From positions 9,437 to 73,436 of the forward strand of contig JAILQT010000114.1 in NCBI GenBank assembly GCA_024698805.1: DNA of 64,000 nucleotides, written 5' to 3'. A model generated the notes under the pieces. It saw only the letters and a program-made list of their open reading frames with translations, ran no database searches and was not told where the DNA came from. Shown here in pieces: positions 27,802-38,227 of the stretch (position 1 is its first letter; each line of letters opens with the position of its first letter). This DNA comes from Solobacterium sp. Its GTDB lineage: Bacteria > Bacillota_I > Bacilli_A > Erysipelotrichales > Erysipelotrichaceae. A program made the translations under genes and the position numbers.

Positions 27802-29118
27802 ATGGACGGTTTTATTGAAAAGATCCAGAATATTCTCGTTCCGTTCTCACAGAAGGTGAACAACAGCAAGATCCTCAAAGGTATCAGCGGCGGTTTCTCT
27901 GCTATGCTGCCGGTCGTTATGGTAGGTGCGATCTTCACGCTGCTGGCCAGCCTGAATATCGGTCCTTATCAGGATTTCATCACATCGGTCGGTTTGAAGA
28001 AGATCTTCTCGATCCCTGCAGACTATACAACGAATATGATCTCGCTCTATGCGGTATTCCTGATCGCAAAAGCTGAGGCATCTGTCCTCGGAATGGATGA
28101 AAGGGATTCCCTCTCCTCGGGTATCATCGCCCTGATGGCATTCCTGATCATGATCCCGCTCGGGGTATCCGGCACGGATGCGGATACAGGCGTAGTCGTC
28201 AATGTCGCAAGTGCTGTAAACATGACATTCCTTGGTTCTGCAGGCCTTTTCACGGCCATGATCGTCGGCATCCTGTTCCCGTACCTGCATAACTTCTTTA
28301 TCAAAAACAATATTTCCTTCAAGATGCCGGATTCTGTGCCCCCGATGATCTCCAAGTCATTCTCAGCACTGATCCCTGCCCTCGCACTCGCTGCACTGGC
28401 AGTCGTGCTGCGCATGCTTGCAGGAATGACATCCTACGGTTCCGTAACGATGCTGATCTACGGACTCCTCAAAGCACCTCTCACAGCGATGGCAGCCAGC
28501 CCGCTCACATTCATGCTCCTGCTGCTGATCTGCAACGTGCTCTGGTTCTTCGGTATTCACGGCGGTATGGTCGCAACATCCATCATGTCCGTACTCTATA
28601 CAGAACTGACACTGGAAAACCTGGCTGCGTACGGCGCAGGACAGGCTCTTCCCAACATTATTATCCAGCCGGCATGGTTCGCAATGGGCAACATCGGCGG
28701 CTCCGGCTGTGCGATCGGTCTCTGCCTCTGCCTTGCACTGTTCTCCAGATCCGAGCGTTACAAGGCACTGAATAAGATCTCACTCCCTTCCGGCATCTGC
28801 GGTATTTCAGAACCGATGGTATTCGGATTCCCTCTCGTACTGAACCCGATCATGCTGATCCCGATGCTCGTTGCACCGCTGGTCACATTCCTGCTCGGCT
28901 ATGCAGCCATGGCAGCAGGCCTTGTACCTTACATGGTAGGCGTCAACGTATCCACAGGCACACCTGTACTTCTCTCCGCATTCGCCGCATGGGCTGACTG
29001 GAGAGGCATACTTCTGCAGGCAGTACTGATCTGCGCAGCAGTTGCTGTATACTATCCGTTCTTCCGCGCTGCCGATAACCAGGCGCTCGCTGAAGAGCAG
29101 GCATCCGCTGCAGAATAA
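27802..29118 (+). CDS. PTS lactose/cellobiose family EIIC component
   Basis: Multi-TM protein; FLGSAGLF, IKMPDSVPP-like, LWFFGIHG, GGSG, ISEPMVFGFPLVLNP. Confidence 0.95.
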   Translation: MDGFIEKIQNILVPFSQKVNNSKILKGISGGFSAMLPVVMVGAIFTLLASLNIGPYQDFITSVGLKKIFSIPADYTTNMISLYAVFLIAKAEASVLGMDERDSLSSGIIALMAFLIMIPLGVSGTDADTGVVVNVASAVNMTFLGSAGLFTAMIVGILFPYLHNFFIKNNISFKMPDSVPPMISKSFSALIPALALAALAVVLRMLAGMTSYGSVTMLIYGLLKAPLTAMAASPLTFMLLLLICNVLWFFGIHGGMVATSIMSVLYTELTLENLAAYGAGQALPNIIIQPAWFAMGNIGGSGCAIGLCLCLALFSRSERYKALNKISLPSGICGISEPMVFGFPLVLNPIMLIPMLVAPLVTFLLGYAAMAAGLVPYMVGVNVSTGTPVLLSAFAAWADWRGILLQAVLICAAVAVYYPFFRAADNQALAEEQASAAE

Positions 29119-29155
29119 AAACAATCATAAATTGAACTCCCCGTTCAAATGAAGA

Positions 29156-29189
29156 AAAAGAGCAGCACGCAGGATGCATGCTGCTCTTT
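29156..29189 (+). terminator. hairpin/terminator after EIIC
   Basis: AAAGAGCAGCA...TGCTGCTCTTT inverted repeat. Confidence 0.75.
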
Positions 29190-29251
29190 ACAGAAATCAG
29201 AATTAGCCACAGATACATTGGTCATAGTATTATTTAGTAGAGGTTTATGAT

Positions 29252-30730
29252 ATGACAAAAAGACCAAATATAATCATCATCAATCCCGATGAGATGCGGT
29301 GGAACACGATGGGGCATATGGGAAATCCCGCTGCCTCCACGCCCAACCTGGATGCCTTTGCACAGAATGAAGCAGTCTCCTTTGAGAATGCATACTGCCA
29401 GAACCCGGTATGCGTTCCCAGCCGGTGCAGTTTCTTTACAGGCATGTACCCGCATGTGAACGGATACAGGACGATGCATTACCTGATGCATGACGGCAAA
29501 GATACGCTGTTCGCGGAACTGCGGAAGGCAGGATACAAAGTCTGGATGAATGCGAGAAATGATTTCATCGCGGCGAATGTACCCGGTGCCATGGCATCCC
29601 AGTTCGATGAGTTCCATGCATATGCGCCCGGTAAGGGCATCAATGCCAGAAAAGGACACGGCGTGATCGAAGGATTCCCGTACTCGCACTATATCGGCGT
29701 TGTCGATGAAGTGACAACAGATATGGAGGATACGCTTGCGGCGTGTGAAAGGATCCGCAGACAGAAGGATGAAAAAGACCCTCTCTGCCTGTTCATCGGC
29801 TGGATGAACCCGCATGTGCCGTATGTAACGGACCGCGAACATTATGACCGCATCGATCCTGCAAAGATCCCGGAAAGGGTAAGATACAGCGAGACAGAAG
29901 GCAAATCCGAAATGATCCGGAAGCTGCGTGAATTCGCTGACCTTTCGGAATTCCCCGAGGAAAAATGGAAAGACCTGCAGCGGATCTATCTTGCGCAGTG
30001 CTCCTATATCGACGATATGTTCGGCATGATCATCAGCGCCCTGAAAGAAGCCGGCATCTATGATGATACAGCGGTCTTCTTCCTTTCCGACCACGGTGAT
30101 TTCGCAGGTGATTTCGATCTTCCCGAAAAAGCCCAGAATTCCTTTGAGGATATCCTGACGAAGGTCCCGCTGCTGATCAAGCCTCCCAAAGGCGAAGCAG
30201 CCGATCCGGGAAAGACATCCGCATTAACGGAGCTGGTCGACTTCTATGCGACTGTCATGGATTATGCAGGTGAAGAGCCCGGGCATGACCAGTTCGGCGT
30301 CAGCCTGCGGCCTGTGATCGAAAACAGACAGAATCCAAACCGACAGTATGTATTCTGCGAAGGCGGCAGGCGCGCATGCGAAAAGCAGGCGGATGAGTAT
30401 CACAAATACGGGGATGCAGGGCCTGCAAAAACCAGTGACTACTGGGCAAAGATGAATGCCGAAGCAGATGATGATGCGCATGAAAAAGGCACGATGATCT
30501 GCGACGGGAGATATAAATATGTCCTGCGTCTGTCCGGGAAGGATGAATTCTACGATCTGAAGGAAGATCCTCAGGAGAAATACAACAGGATCCAGGAAGA
30601 AAGATATGCATCTGAGATCCTCCGCCTGAAGCTGCAGATGCTGAAATGGTACCAGGAGACATGCGATACCGTGGCGCGTGAATATGATTCCAGGTTCCTC
30701 ACAGAAGAATCGATCAAAAAAGCAGAGTGA
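29252..30730 (+). CDS. formylglycine-dependent (Cys-type) sulfatase
   Basis: RPNIIII.PD, TPNLD, CVPSRCSFFTG (CxPxR), SDHGD. Confidence 0.93.
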   Translation: MTKRPNIIIINPDEMRWNTMGHMGNPAASTPNLDAFAQNEAVSFENAYCQNPVCVPSRCSFFTGMYPHVNGYRTMHYLMHDGKDTLFAELRKAGYKVWMNARNDFIAANVPGAMASQFDEFHAYAPGKGINARKGHGVIEGFPYSHYIGVVDEVTTDMEDTLAACERIRRQKDEKDPLCLFIGWMNPHVPYVTDREHYDRIDPAKIPERVRYSETEGKSEMIRKLREFADLSEFPEEKWKDLQRIYLAQCSYIDDMFGMIISALKEAGIYDDTAVFFLSDHGDFAGDFDLPEKAQNSFEDILTKVPLLIKPPKGEAADPGKTSALTELVDFYATVMDYAGEEPGHDQFGVSLRPVIENRQNPNRQYVFCEGGRRACEKQADEYHKYGDAGPAKTSDYWAKMNAEADDDAHEKGTMICDGRYKYVLRLSGKDEFYDLKEDPQEKYNRIQEERYASEILRLKLQMLKWYQETCDTVAREYDSRFLTEESIKKAE

Positions 30731-30819
30731 TCTGCTTTTTTAAAATGTGGTTAACCATCCGGACGAACAGAGCCCAAAGACACCGAAAACAGGTTATAAT
30801 AAAGCAGTGGAGGTTTTGA

Positions 30820-32106
30820 ATGAAAACGAAACAGATCTCTGTAAATGAAGGCATCCTTGAAGGCGAGGAGAAAACTACATGCCTGATCTTCCGCGGCGTA
30901 CCTTATGCGGAAGCCCCGGTCGGCAAGCTTCGTTTCAAAGCCCCTGTTCCCAAATATCCGTGGAAAGGGGTAAGACAAGCTTTAGCATTCCCCGCAATGT
31001 GCCCGCAGCCGGATCCGACAGGCGGATTCTACGGAAAGGAATTCTATACTTCTGAACAATATCCTCTGCCTGCGCAGAGCGAAGACTGCCTCTATCTGAA
31101 TATATGGGCACCGTCCATGAAAAGACCGGGCGGCTATCCGGTCGCTGTGTGGATCCACGGCGGCGCGTTCGACCACGGTTTTTCCAGTGAGATGGAATTT
31201 GACGGTGAAACGTTCGCTGCAAGGGATGTGATCCTGGTGACGATCAATTACCGTGTCGGCGTATTCGGTTTCTTTGCGCATCCGGACCTGAAGACAGACG
31301 GCGTAGGCAATGCCGGGCTGCTGGACCAGATCCAGGCCGTGAAATGGGTGAAAAAGAATATCGCCGCATTCGGCGGGGACCCGGACAGGATCACGCTGTT
31401 CGGCCAGAGCGCAGGTGCCATGAGCGTACAGGCACTTCTGTGCAGCCCGCTGGCGGAAGGCCTGATCAGCAGGGCGATCATGCAGAGCGGCGGCGGTTAT
31501 AAAAACGGTCTGACCAGGGTGGTCAAGCCTGAGGATGCGTATAAGACGGGCAGGAGGATCATGGACCTCTGCCGGGCAAAGAACCTCAACGATATGATCC
31601 GCATGCCTGCGGAAAAGCTGGTAAGCATCCTTCCGGAACTGTATGAACAGTCCGGCGGACTTGCTTTCTCTCCGGTCATCGACGGCGAAGTGCTCAAAGA
31701 GGATTTTGACACATGTCTTGAGAAGGGGCATGTACTGGATATCCCCGTCATGCTGGGGATCACGGCAGACGATATCACTGTTGAAAAAGGTACGGACGGT
31801 AGACGCAGCAGGTTCATGTTCGGCTGCACAGGCTGGGCAGACGGGCACAGCCGTACTTCCGACCAGCCGGTATTTGTGTATTATTTCAAACGCAGTCTTC
31901 CCGGCGACGATGCGGGCGCATTCCACTCCTCCGAGCTCTGGTATGTGTTCGGCACGCTGGGCAGGTGCTGGCGTCCGATGACGGCGCATGATTACCAGCT
32001 GAGCGATATCATCATGGAGAGATGGACTTCATTCATGAAAAACGGCGATCCCGGCAAGGAATGGAAGCCGTATTCAAAAGGGAATTTTGTCAGGGTGTTC
32101 ATGTAA
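30820..32106 (+). CDS. type-B carboxylesterase/lipase
   Basis: SEDCLYLNIW, WIHGGAF, FGQSAG, GAFHSSEL. Confidence 0.95.
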   Translation: MKTKQISVNEGILEGEEKTTCLIFRGVPYAEAPVGKLRFKAPVPKYPWKGVRQALAFPAMCPQPDPTGGFYGKEFYTSEQYPLPAQSEDCLYLNIWAPSMKRPGGYPVAVWIHGGAFDHGFSSEMEFDGETFAARDVILVTINYRVGVFGFFAHPDLKTDGVGNAGLLDQIQAVKWVKKNIAAFGGDPDRITLFGQSAGAMSVQALLCSPLAEGLISRAIMQSGGGYKNGLTRVVKPEDAYKTGRRIMDLCRAKNLNDMIRMPAEKLVSILPELYEQSGGLAFSPVIDGEVLKEDFDTCLEKGHVLDIPVMLGITADDITVEKGTDGRRSRFMFGCTGWADGHSRTSDQPVFVYYFKRSLPGDDAGAFHSSELWYVFGTLGRCWRPMTAHDYQLSDIIMERWTSFMKNGDPGKEWKPYSKGNFVRVFM

Positions 32107-32130
32107 AAAGGGCTGCGGCGCAGCCCTTTT
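32106..32130. terminator. bidirectional terminator
   Basis: AAAAGGGCTGCG-G-CGCAGCCCTTTT. Confidence 0.85.
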
Positions 32131-32202
32131 CACATGAACGCTTCTTTATCAAGAACCGAAGAAGCCCCCTCTTCTCAGCGTAAGCGAAGGCGGGGGAGCG
32201 TG

Positions 32203-33831
32203 TCACTCCATCACCGCTGTCACCATTGGAAGTATCTGGATCTTCCTGGACAGTATATTCTTCTGCAGGCTGTGTTTCTCGCCCGGCCGGTCGGGGAACG
32301 CTTCGAGCAGTTTTTCCCTGAAATCCCTGTTCGAGAAGAATACGGATCCTTCATCAATGATGGATGTAAATGCGACAACGATCACATCCAGCTCCTTTTT
32401 GTCACGCAGGACTTCGATCTCGCGCAGGATCTCGTCTTCCCTGCCGCGCATCTCTGCAACAGAAGGCACGAACACCTGCGAGATCATCGTGTGCTGGCCG
32501 CTGATCTCAAAGTATTTGATATCCTGTACGATCTGCTCGCGCAGGGACCTGTCGTTGCCGGATGCGGCAGCGGTAAACATCTCTTTGCTGAAGGTATCGA
32601 TATCCAGATCCGCGAGGGCCGCAAGCAGATAGGCGGCTTCTTTGTCTTTCTGTGTGCTTGTCGGCGACTGGAACACCAGTGTGTCGGAAAGGATCGCACC
32701 GAGCAGGAGTCCGGCAAGTTCCTTCGGCATCAGGATCTGGTTCTCCCGGAAGATCGTAGCGATGATCGTTGCTGTGGAGCCGATGATCTCATTGCGGAAT
32801 GAGACAGGCTGCGTCGTAGCGAAATCATTGATCCTGTGATGGTCGATGACTTCCAGGATCTGCGCTTTCTCGATCGCTTTGACCGACTGCGAGAATTCGT
32901 TGTGGTCGACCAGGATAATGCGCTTGTTTTCATGATTGAGCACATGGAAACGGGAAACATACCCCATCATATGCGACTGTTTATCCAGGACGGGATAGCT
33001 CCTGTATCTGGACTGCATCATCTTTTTGGCAGCGTCTTCAACGAACATATCCGAACGGAAAACGACAGGGTTCTTCTTCATGATCAGGCTGACAGGGGGC
33101 GCAAAGAACAGGTAACGGGATGTGTTCATGCCGCCGTGGCCGGACAGGATGATCGGACAGCGGGATTCTTCGGCTGCACGCAGAACATTTTCGCTGACTT
33201 CATTCGGCCAGACGATGATCAGGAGGCCTGCGCCTTTGCGTATCAGTTCTTCCTGCGCAGCAGCGTCGCTGCCGACGATCACGATGCGGTCTTCGACATT
33301 GTAGTTCATCGTGCCTCCCTCCGAGAGCGCGACGATGGAGACCTTGCCGCTGATATGCGTATCACTGCAGTTATAGAGGATCCTGCCGTCGATCGTAGCG
33401 GCGATCTCTTCTACCGTCGTATGCTTCAGAAGCTCGATCTCGGCAGCGGTGTCGCCAAGTGCGATATTCGCAAGATCGCTCTTTGACACATAGCCGATCA
33501 TTCTGTTTCCTTCATCGACGACAGCCAGGGATTCCCTGCCGCATTCCTTCATCCTGCGGATCGTTTCCAGGAATGTCGTCTCCTGCGAGATCGTGACAGG
33601 CGGGTCGCAGTCGATCTCTTCCAGGGTCTTCCTTGCGTCCTTCAGCAGAAGGGGCTCATCGAACCCGAAGCGGTCAAGCAGGTACTTCGTTTCCTGGTTC
33701 AGATCACCCAGCCTGCAGGGCACGGCTTTGATGCCCTGCGTTTTTTTGTAGAAAGCATATGCGATCGCAGCCGCGATCGAATCGGTATCCGGATGCCTGT
33801 GTCCGGTTATGTATACTGTTTCATCTCTCAT
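32203..33831 (-). CDS. ppaC: CBS/DRTGG-domain Mn-dependent inorganic pyrophosphatase
   Basis: GHRHPDTDS, LVDHNE, IDHH, ILSDT, SRK; CBS-DRTGG-CBS insert. Confidence 0.93.
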   Translation of the reverse strand: MRDETVYITGHRHPDTDSIAAAIAYAFYKKTQGIKAVPCRLGDLNQETKYLLDRFGFDEPLLLKDARKTLEEIDCDPPVTISQETTFLETIRRMKECGRESLAVVDEGNRMIGYVSKSDLANIALGDTAAEIELLKHTTVEEIAATIDGRILYNCSDTHISGKVSIVALSEGGTMNYNVEDRIVIVGSDAAAQEELIRKGAGLLIIVWPNEVSENVLRAAEESRCPIILSGHGGMNTSRYLFFAPPVSLIMKKNPVVFRSDMFVEDAAKKMMQSRYRSYPVLDKQSHMMGYVSRFHVLNHENKRIILVDHNEFSQSVKAIEKAQILEVIDHHRINDFATTQPVSFRNEIIGSTATIIATIFRENQILMPKELAGLLLGAILSDTLVFQSPTSTQKDKEAAYLLAALADLDIDTFSKEMFTAAASGNDRSLREQIVQDIKYFEISGQHTMISQVFVPSVAEMRGREDEILREIEVLRDKKELDVIVVAFTSIIDEGSVFFSNRDFREKLLEAFPDRPGEKHSLQKNILSRKIQILPMVTAVME

Positions 33832-33890
33832 AGTCTGTCTCCGTATTCCCATTATAAACAAAAAGCAGGCGGACCTGCTTCATTGTTTTC

Positions 33891-34835
33891 TCAGCTGAAA
33901 TAAACGTATTCGTCTTTCGGCTTCTGGTACCTTGCGCATCTGTCTGCGTACAGCACGACGGTCTTGGCGTCGGAATTCTCGATCGGAAGGGTCTTCAGGG
34001 TTCCTTCCACTTCGATCCAGTCGCCTTTTTTCATCTCCCAGATCTTTACGCCGGTCACCGTGATGCCGCACAGGCTCGTATCCTGCGCGCAGCAAACCAT
34101 GGCGCGCCTGCCAAGGATGAACGTCTGCTTGTATCCGGGGATATTCTCCGCGTACATGCCGCGGACGATGATGTGCTTGCCGTCATACTTTTCCGGATCT
34201 TCCACTGCGTCCATGTACCAGAGACCATAATCATCATCCTTGATATCGATCACGGGATCATCCAGGTTGAACGGAAGCAGCCCGCTCTTCAGCTGGACAG
34301 GGGCGCCGAAGGCACCTTCATAGAAGATCTGGCACCTGCTGTTGATCGCCTTGATGTTGCCCCTGAGAAGGGTGCCGGAAGTATCTTCTGTGCAGCGGTT
34401 GACGATCACGGTATCGCTCCAGCGGATCTGTTCGAAGATCATCTGCCGCATGGCATTGATATACAGCTCGAATGTGGACGCGTCGACTGTTGTCAGTATC
34501 TGCACGAGCGGCCAGTATTCAGGCATTCCTGCCAGGATCCATTCCGTTACCGGTTTGGTGCCGTTATATTCGATGAATACCTGGTCGGGATGATAGATAG
34601 TATCCAGTTCCCTGATCTTTTTCGCGGTCAGTTTCTCGGGATCGTCCATATATTCGATGAATGCGTGATGTTCTTCCAGCCAATCCTTTTCAAACGGTAT
34701 CTCGCCCTGTTCAAAGCAGATGATCAGCGAACGGCTTACATCTGCCATGAAGTCTGCATCGCTCATCGTATCCTTGATCAGCGTCGTTTTGCCGCTGTCG
34801 AGGAAGCCGGTGATCAGATATACCGCTGCCGGCAT
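33891..34835 (-). CDS. CobW-like P-loop domain fused to DUF1980-like C-terminus
   Basis: GFLDSGKTT, IEYNG; C-terminal GRRAMVCCAQD...WIEVEG. Confidence 0.85.
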   Translation of the reverse strand: MPAAVYLITGFLDSGKTTLIKDTMSDADFMADVSRSLIICFEQGEIPFEKDWLEEHHAFIEYMDDPEKLTAKKIRELDTIYHPDQVFIEYNGTKPVTEWILAGMPEYWPLVQILTTVDASTFELYINAMRQMIFEQIRWSDTVIVNRCTEDTSGTLLRGNIKAINSRCQIFYEGAFGAPVQLKSGLLPFNLDDPVIDIKDDDYGLWYMDAVEDPEKYDGKHIIVRGMYAENIPGYKQTFILGRRAMVCCAQDTSLCGITVTGVKIWEMKKGDWIEVEGTLKTLPIENSDAKTVVLYADRCARYQKPKDEYVYFS

Positions 34836-36043
34836 TATTTCACCCTGATCCTGAAGAGCTTCTTGACTTCTTCAAGATCAACATGTTCACCGATCACGGT
34901 GATCAGGCCTGTATAGGCAGGCTTTCCTTCACGGATATCGGAATCACCCGGTACATAATCGAAGAAGATCCAGCTTCCGTCCTGTGCCGGGACGATTCCC
35001 TTTGCACGGATGATATTCTCCCCGAGTGAAGAAAGGATCGTTTCCAGTTCTTCACGGGAATACTTGTTGTATGTTTCAAATCCGACGGAATCGAATACTT
35101 CATCCGCATCGTGTTCACCGTGATGATGGTGATGATGGTGATGGTGGTGTGAATCATCATGGATGCGGATGCGGTCATACTGTCCGTCATCCTCATCTTC
35201 ATCATCGTCATGATGGTGGTGATGATGCTCGTGCTCATCTTCGTCATCATCGTCATGATGGTGGTGATGGTGTTCATGCTCATCTTCGCCGTCATCGTCG
35301 TGATGGTGGTGATGGTGTTCATGCTCATCTTCGTCATCATCGTCGTGATGGTGGTGATGATGTTCGTGTTCGTCTTCATCGTCATCGTCATGATGGTGGT
35401 GATGGTGTTCATGCTCATCTTCATCATCGTCATCTTCCAGTTCAGGGAAGCCGTTTGTGGAGCCTTCCATCGCTTCCATGATCGCTTCCGCGCTCAGGTC
35501 ATCCCACGGTGTCGTGATGATGCGTGCATCCGGATTCAGCTCACGGATGATCTCAACGTCCTTTTCGATCACGGCATCATCGGTCATCTGTGTGCGTGAA
35601 AGGATGATGCATCCGGCTGTCTGGATCTGGTCATCGAAGAATTCACCGAAATTCTTGTGGTATACGGCACAGCGCTTTGCGTCGACGACAGTGCTGTAGC
35701 TGTTCAGTTCAAGTCCTTCGACGGACTGGATCGCTTTGATGATGTCGGAGAGCTTGCCGACACCGGAAGGTTCGATAATAATATGATCCGGTTCGTAATC
35801 CTTTACCAGCTTTGCGAGGGCTGCTTCAAAATCACCCTTTAGCGTACAGCAGATGCATCCGCTGTTGATCTCTGTGATCTCAATGCCGGCTTCCTGCAGG
35901 AAACCGCCGTCAATGCCGATCTCGCCGAATTCGTTTTCGACAAGCACGACTTTTTTATTGGCAAATACATCCTTGATCAGCTTCTGGATCAGTGTTGTTT
36001 TCCCAGCTCCGAGAAATCCTGAAATAACATCAATTTTTGCCAT
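34835..36043 (-). CDS. COG0523/CobW-family metal-chaperone GTPase with His/Asp-rich insert
   Basis: GFLGAGKTT, ENEFG, GCICC, EPSG; CobW_C IIRAKG. Confidence 0.95.
   Translation of the reverse strand: MAKIDVISGFLGAGKTTLIQKLIKDVFANKKVVLVENEFGEIGIDGGFLQEAGIEITEINSGCICCTLKGDFEAALAKLVKDYEPDHIIIEPSGVGKLSDIIKAIQSVEGLELNSYSTVVDAKRCAVYHKNFGEFFDDQIQTAGCIILSRTQMTDDAVIEKDVEIIRELNPDARIITTPWDDLSAEAIMEAMEGSTNGFPELEDDDDEDEHEHHHHHHDDDDEDEHEHHHHHHDDDDEDEHEHHHHHHDDDGEDEHEHHHHHHDDDDEDEHEHHHHHHDDDEDEDDGQYDRIRIHDDSHHHHHHHHHHGEHDADEVFDSVGFETYNKYSREELETILSSLGENIIRAKGIVPAQDGSWIFFDYVPGDSDIREGKPAYTGLITVIGEHVDLEEVKKLFRIRVK
35210..35434 (-). repeat. coding tandem repeat, 5 x 45 bp (DDDDEDEHEHHHHHH)
   Basis: Five in-frame units, one with a D-to-G change; a His10 run follows nearer 35120. 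Confidence 0.95.
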
Positions 36044-36107
36044 GTTTCACCTCTCTGTTTTATCTGATGCGCAAACATTATAGCACTTTAAATAGGTATG
36101 GTAAGGA

Positions 36108-38150
36108 TTATGACTGATCTTCCCCCTCGGCCGTTTCTTCCTCTTCCGGTTCGAACAGATGCCGGTAATAGTCGCAGTTGTTGAAGTTGCGGCAGTAAAG
36201 GATCTTGTTTGAAACGATCTGGCGGATCATGTCGGTATAACCCTCGGGTATCTCCGCATTTTCATCATTGGGTGTGAATACGCCGGATCCTGCCCTGTAC
36301 ATGCCGAGATCTGTTTTCCAGTCATATTCGATATTGAATACGAGCGGCGGCGTATCCGAGAATACATCCCTTCCCGGCAGGAGCCTGGAATCCCATTCGG
36401 TATCGAACAGGTTGCACAGCGTCGGCAGGATATCAATGCTGGATACAGGATCATCCACGACGATCGGTTCTTCCTTTTCCAGGCATCCGGACCAGATGAT
36501 CAGACGGTTATGATCCCTGTACAGGGCGGATGTGATCGGCTGTCCGTACAGGTCGGCAAGATTGCGGAGCGAGTTGTCTTCGTCCAGACCGTAAGGGAAA
36601 TGATCCGCGGAAAGGACGATGACTGTATCATCGGCGATGCCTTTTTCTTCCAGCTTATCGACCAGGTATGTCAGGGCATCTTCCAGTTCCAGGTTGGCAG
36701 CGAGATAGCACTTGATGATCTCGGAACATTCCAGATCCTTGACGCGGTCATAGTTCTTTTCGCTCATATCGTTGGCGAGCGTATACTCGTTGTGCCCGGA
36801 AACGGTCATATAGTAGACGTTGAACGGTTCATGGTCGATATACAGGTCAAGTGTCCCCTGCATCATCTCCAGGTCACTCTCCGGCCAGCCCTTGGATACG
36901 AATTCCTCGATGCCGCTGCCGTAGCCCATGAAGCCTTCGGAATATCCCAGGCACTGGTGCGTCAGATGGCGGTCATAGAACGTATAGGTATTGTTGTGGA
37001 AAGCCATTCCGTAATAGCCTTCATCATTCAGAAGGGAACCCATCGTCAGACAGTTGTATCTGCCGGTCATTTTCTTGAAGGAGCTCCCTCCGTTCGTCGG
37101 CAGCATACCGAACACCACTTCGTATTCCCCGCCTGTCGTCCCGGCGCTTGCGGTCTGGTAATAATCCGTGAATCGGATCCCTCTGTTCGCCAGCCTGTAC
37201 AGTGTCGGTGTCAGTTCTTCATCGATCACTTCGGCACTGAAGGCTTCCGCCGTGATCAGGATCAGGTTCTTTCCTTTGAACAGTCCTGTATATTCGTTTT
37301 CCTTTGTGCCGCTCAGGGAGGATACATACGCATCCATCTCATTCATCATCTGGTTTGAATCATCGAGATCCTCAAAGTCGATATCCAGCGTGTTGTATTC
37401 GTAAATAACGGGAGTGGGCGTCGGTTCGGGTTCTTCGGTCTCTTCTGCAGCGGTCTCCTGCACAGGCTCCGGCGTTTCTGTGACCTCCGGCTCTGCTGTG
37501 ATGACGAATTCACTTTCGTCTGCAGAAGCGTGATACAGATCGAGAGGGAAGGCAGAGAGCAGTCCGTACTGGTTCACGCCTTTCTGGAAGTTGTATTCAC
37601 TGCTGAATGAACGCGCATATACGGGGTTGCCGCTGATGAAGATCAGTACGAATACCGGCAGGCCGATGCACAGGGAACCGAGCATGAAGCGTGTATCCGT
37701 ATCCGAAGTCCTGCAGTTCATCTTCTTCCGGAAAAGTATGAACAGCAGCACCGGAAGCAGGAACAGCACGATGTGCAGCATGCCGTCAGCCGAGAAGACC
37801 ATGTGCCTGATATTGTCGGTGAAGCCGGACATGACGCCGCCCGCCCCGGCAAAGACAGTCTTCATGTCATAGAATACCTTGAACTGCCGGTACAGGAAGA
37901 AATTGACAAGGAATACGATCGCTGCAGCGGTATAGATCACGGTCCTGAGTATGAAATTCACCTTTTCGGAAAACAGGGATGTGAGCAGGGCGATCAGGCA
38001 GCTGTAGAAAAGCGTCAGGACGCCGGTGAAGAACAGGAACGGAAAAAGCGGCCCCCCGGTCGTTGAATAACGAAGCAGGATCTCGCTGAACAGGAGCGTG
38101 AAGGCAGTATATAATACGGGCTGTATCCGGTATAACTTTTTCATAAACAT
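36108..38150 (-). CDS. LTA synthase family (LtaS-like) protein
   Basis: About 5 N-terminal TMs; GKNLILITAEAF, catalytic Thr in GTTGGE, TVSGH, ADH. Confidence 0.88.
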   Translation of the reverse strand: MFMKKLYRIQPVLYTAFTLLFSEILLRYSTTGGPLFPFLFFTGVLTLFYSCLIALLTSLFSEKVNFILRTVIYTAAAIVFLVNFFLYRQFKVFYDMKTVFAGAGGVMSGFTDNIRHMVFSADGMLHIVLFLLPVLLFILFRKKMNCRTSDTDTRFMLGSLCIGLPVFVLIFISGNPVYARSFSSEYNFQKGVNQYGLLSAFPLDLYHASADESEFVITAEPEVTETPEPVQETAAEETEEPEPTPTPVIYEYNTLDIDFEDLDDSNQMMNEMDAYVSSLSGTKENEYTGLFKGKNLILITAEAFSAEVIDEELTPTLYRLANRGIRFTDYYQTASAGTTGGEYEVVFGMLPTNGGSSFKKMTGRYNCLTMGSLLNDEGYYGMAFHNNTYTFYDRHLTHQCLGYSEGFMGYGSGIEEFVSKGWPESDLEMMQGTLDLYIDHEPFNVYYMTVSGHNEYTLANDMSEKNYDRVKDLECSEIIKCYLAANLELEDALTYLVDKLEEKGIADDTVIVLSADHFPYGLDEDNSLRNLADLYGQPITSALYRDHNRLIIWSGCLEKEEPIVVDDPVSSIDILPTLCNLFDTEWDSRLLPGRDVFSDTPPLVFNIEYDWKTDLGMYRAGSGVFTPNDENAEIPEGYTDMIRQIVSNKILYCRNFNNCDYYRHLFEPEEEETAEGEDQS

Positions 38151-38227
38151 CCATTATTATGTTTCAAAAGATGAGATTTCGCAATGCGGAATATGAAATA
38201 ATATAATATATGCGGGAGTAGCAGCGT

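Noticed and set aside
35110-35440. Regular repeats as a CRISPR array
   Set aside because: In-frame His/Asp coding repeats with no unique spacers.
36044-36107. Zur box upstream of the COG0523 operon
   Set aside because: No convincing inverted repeat.
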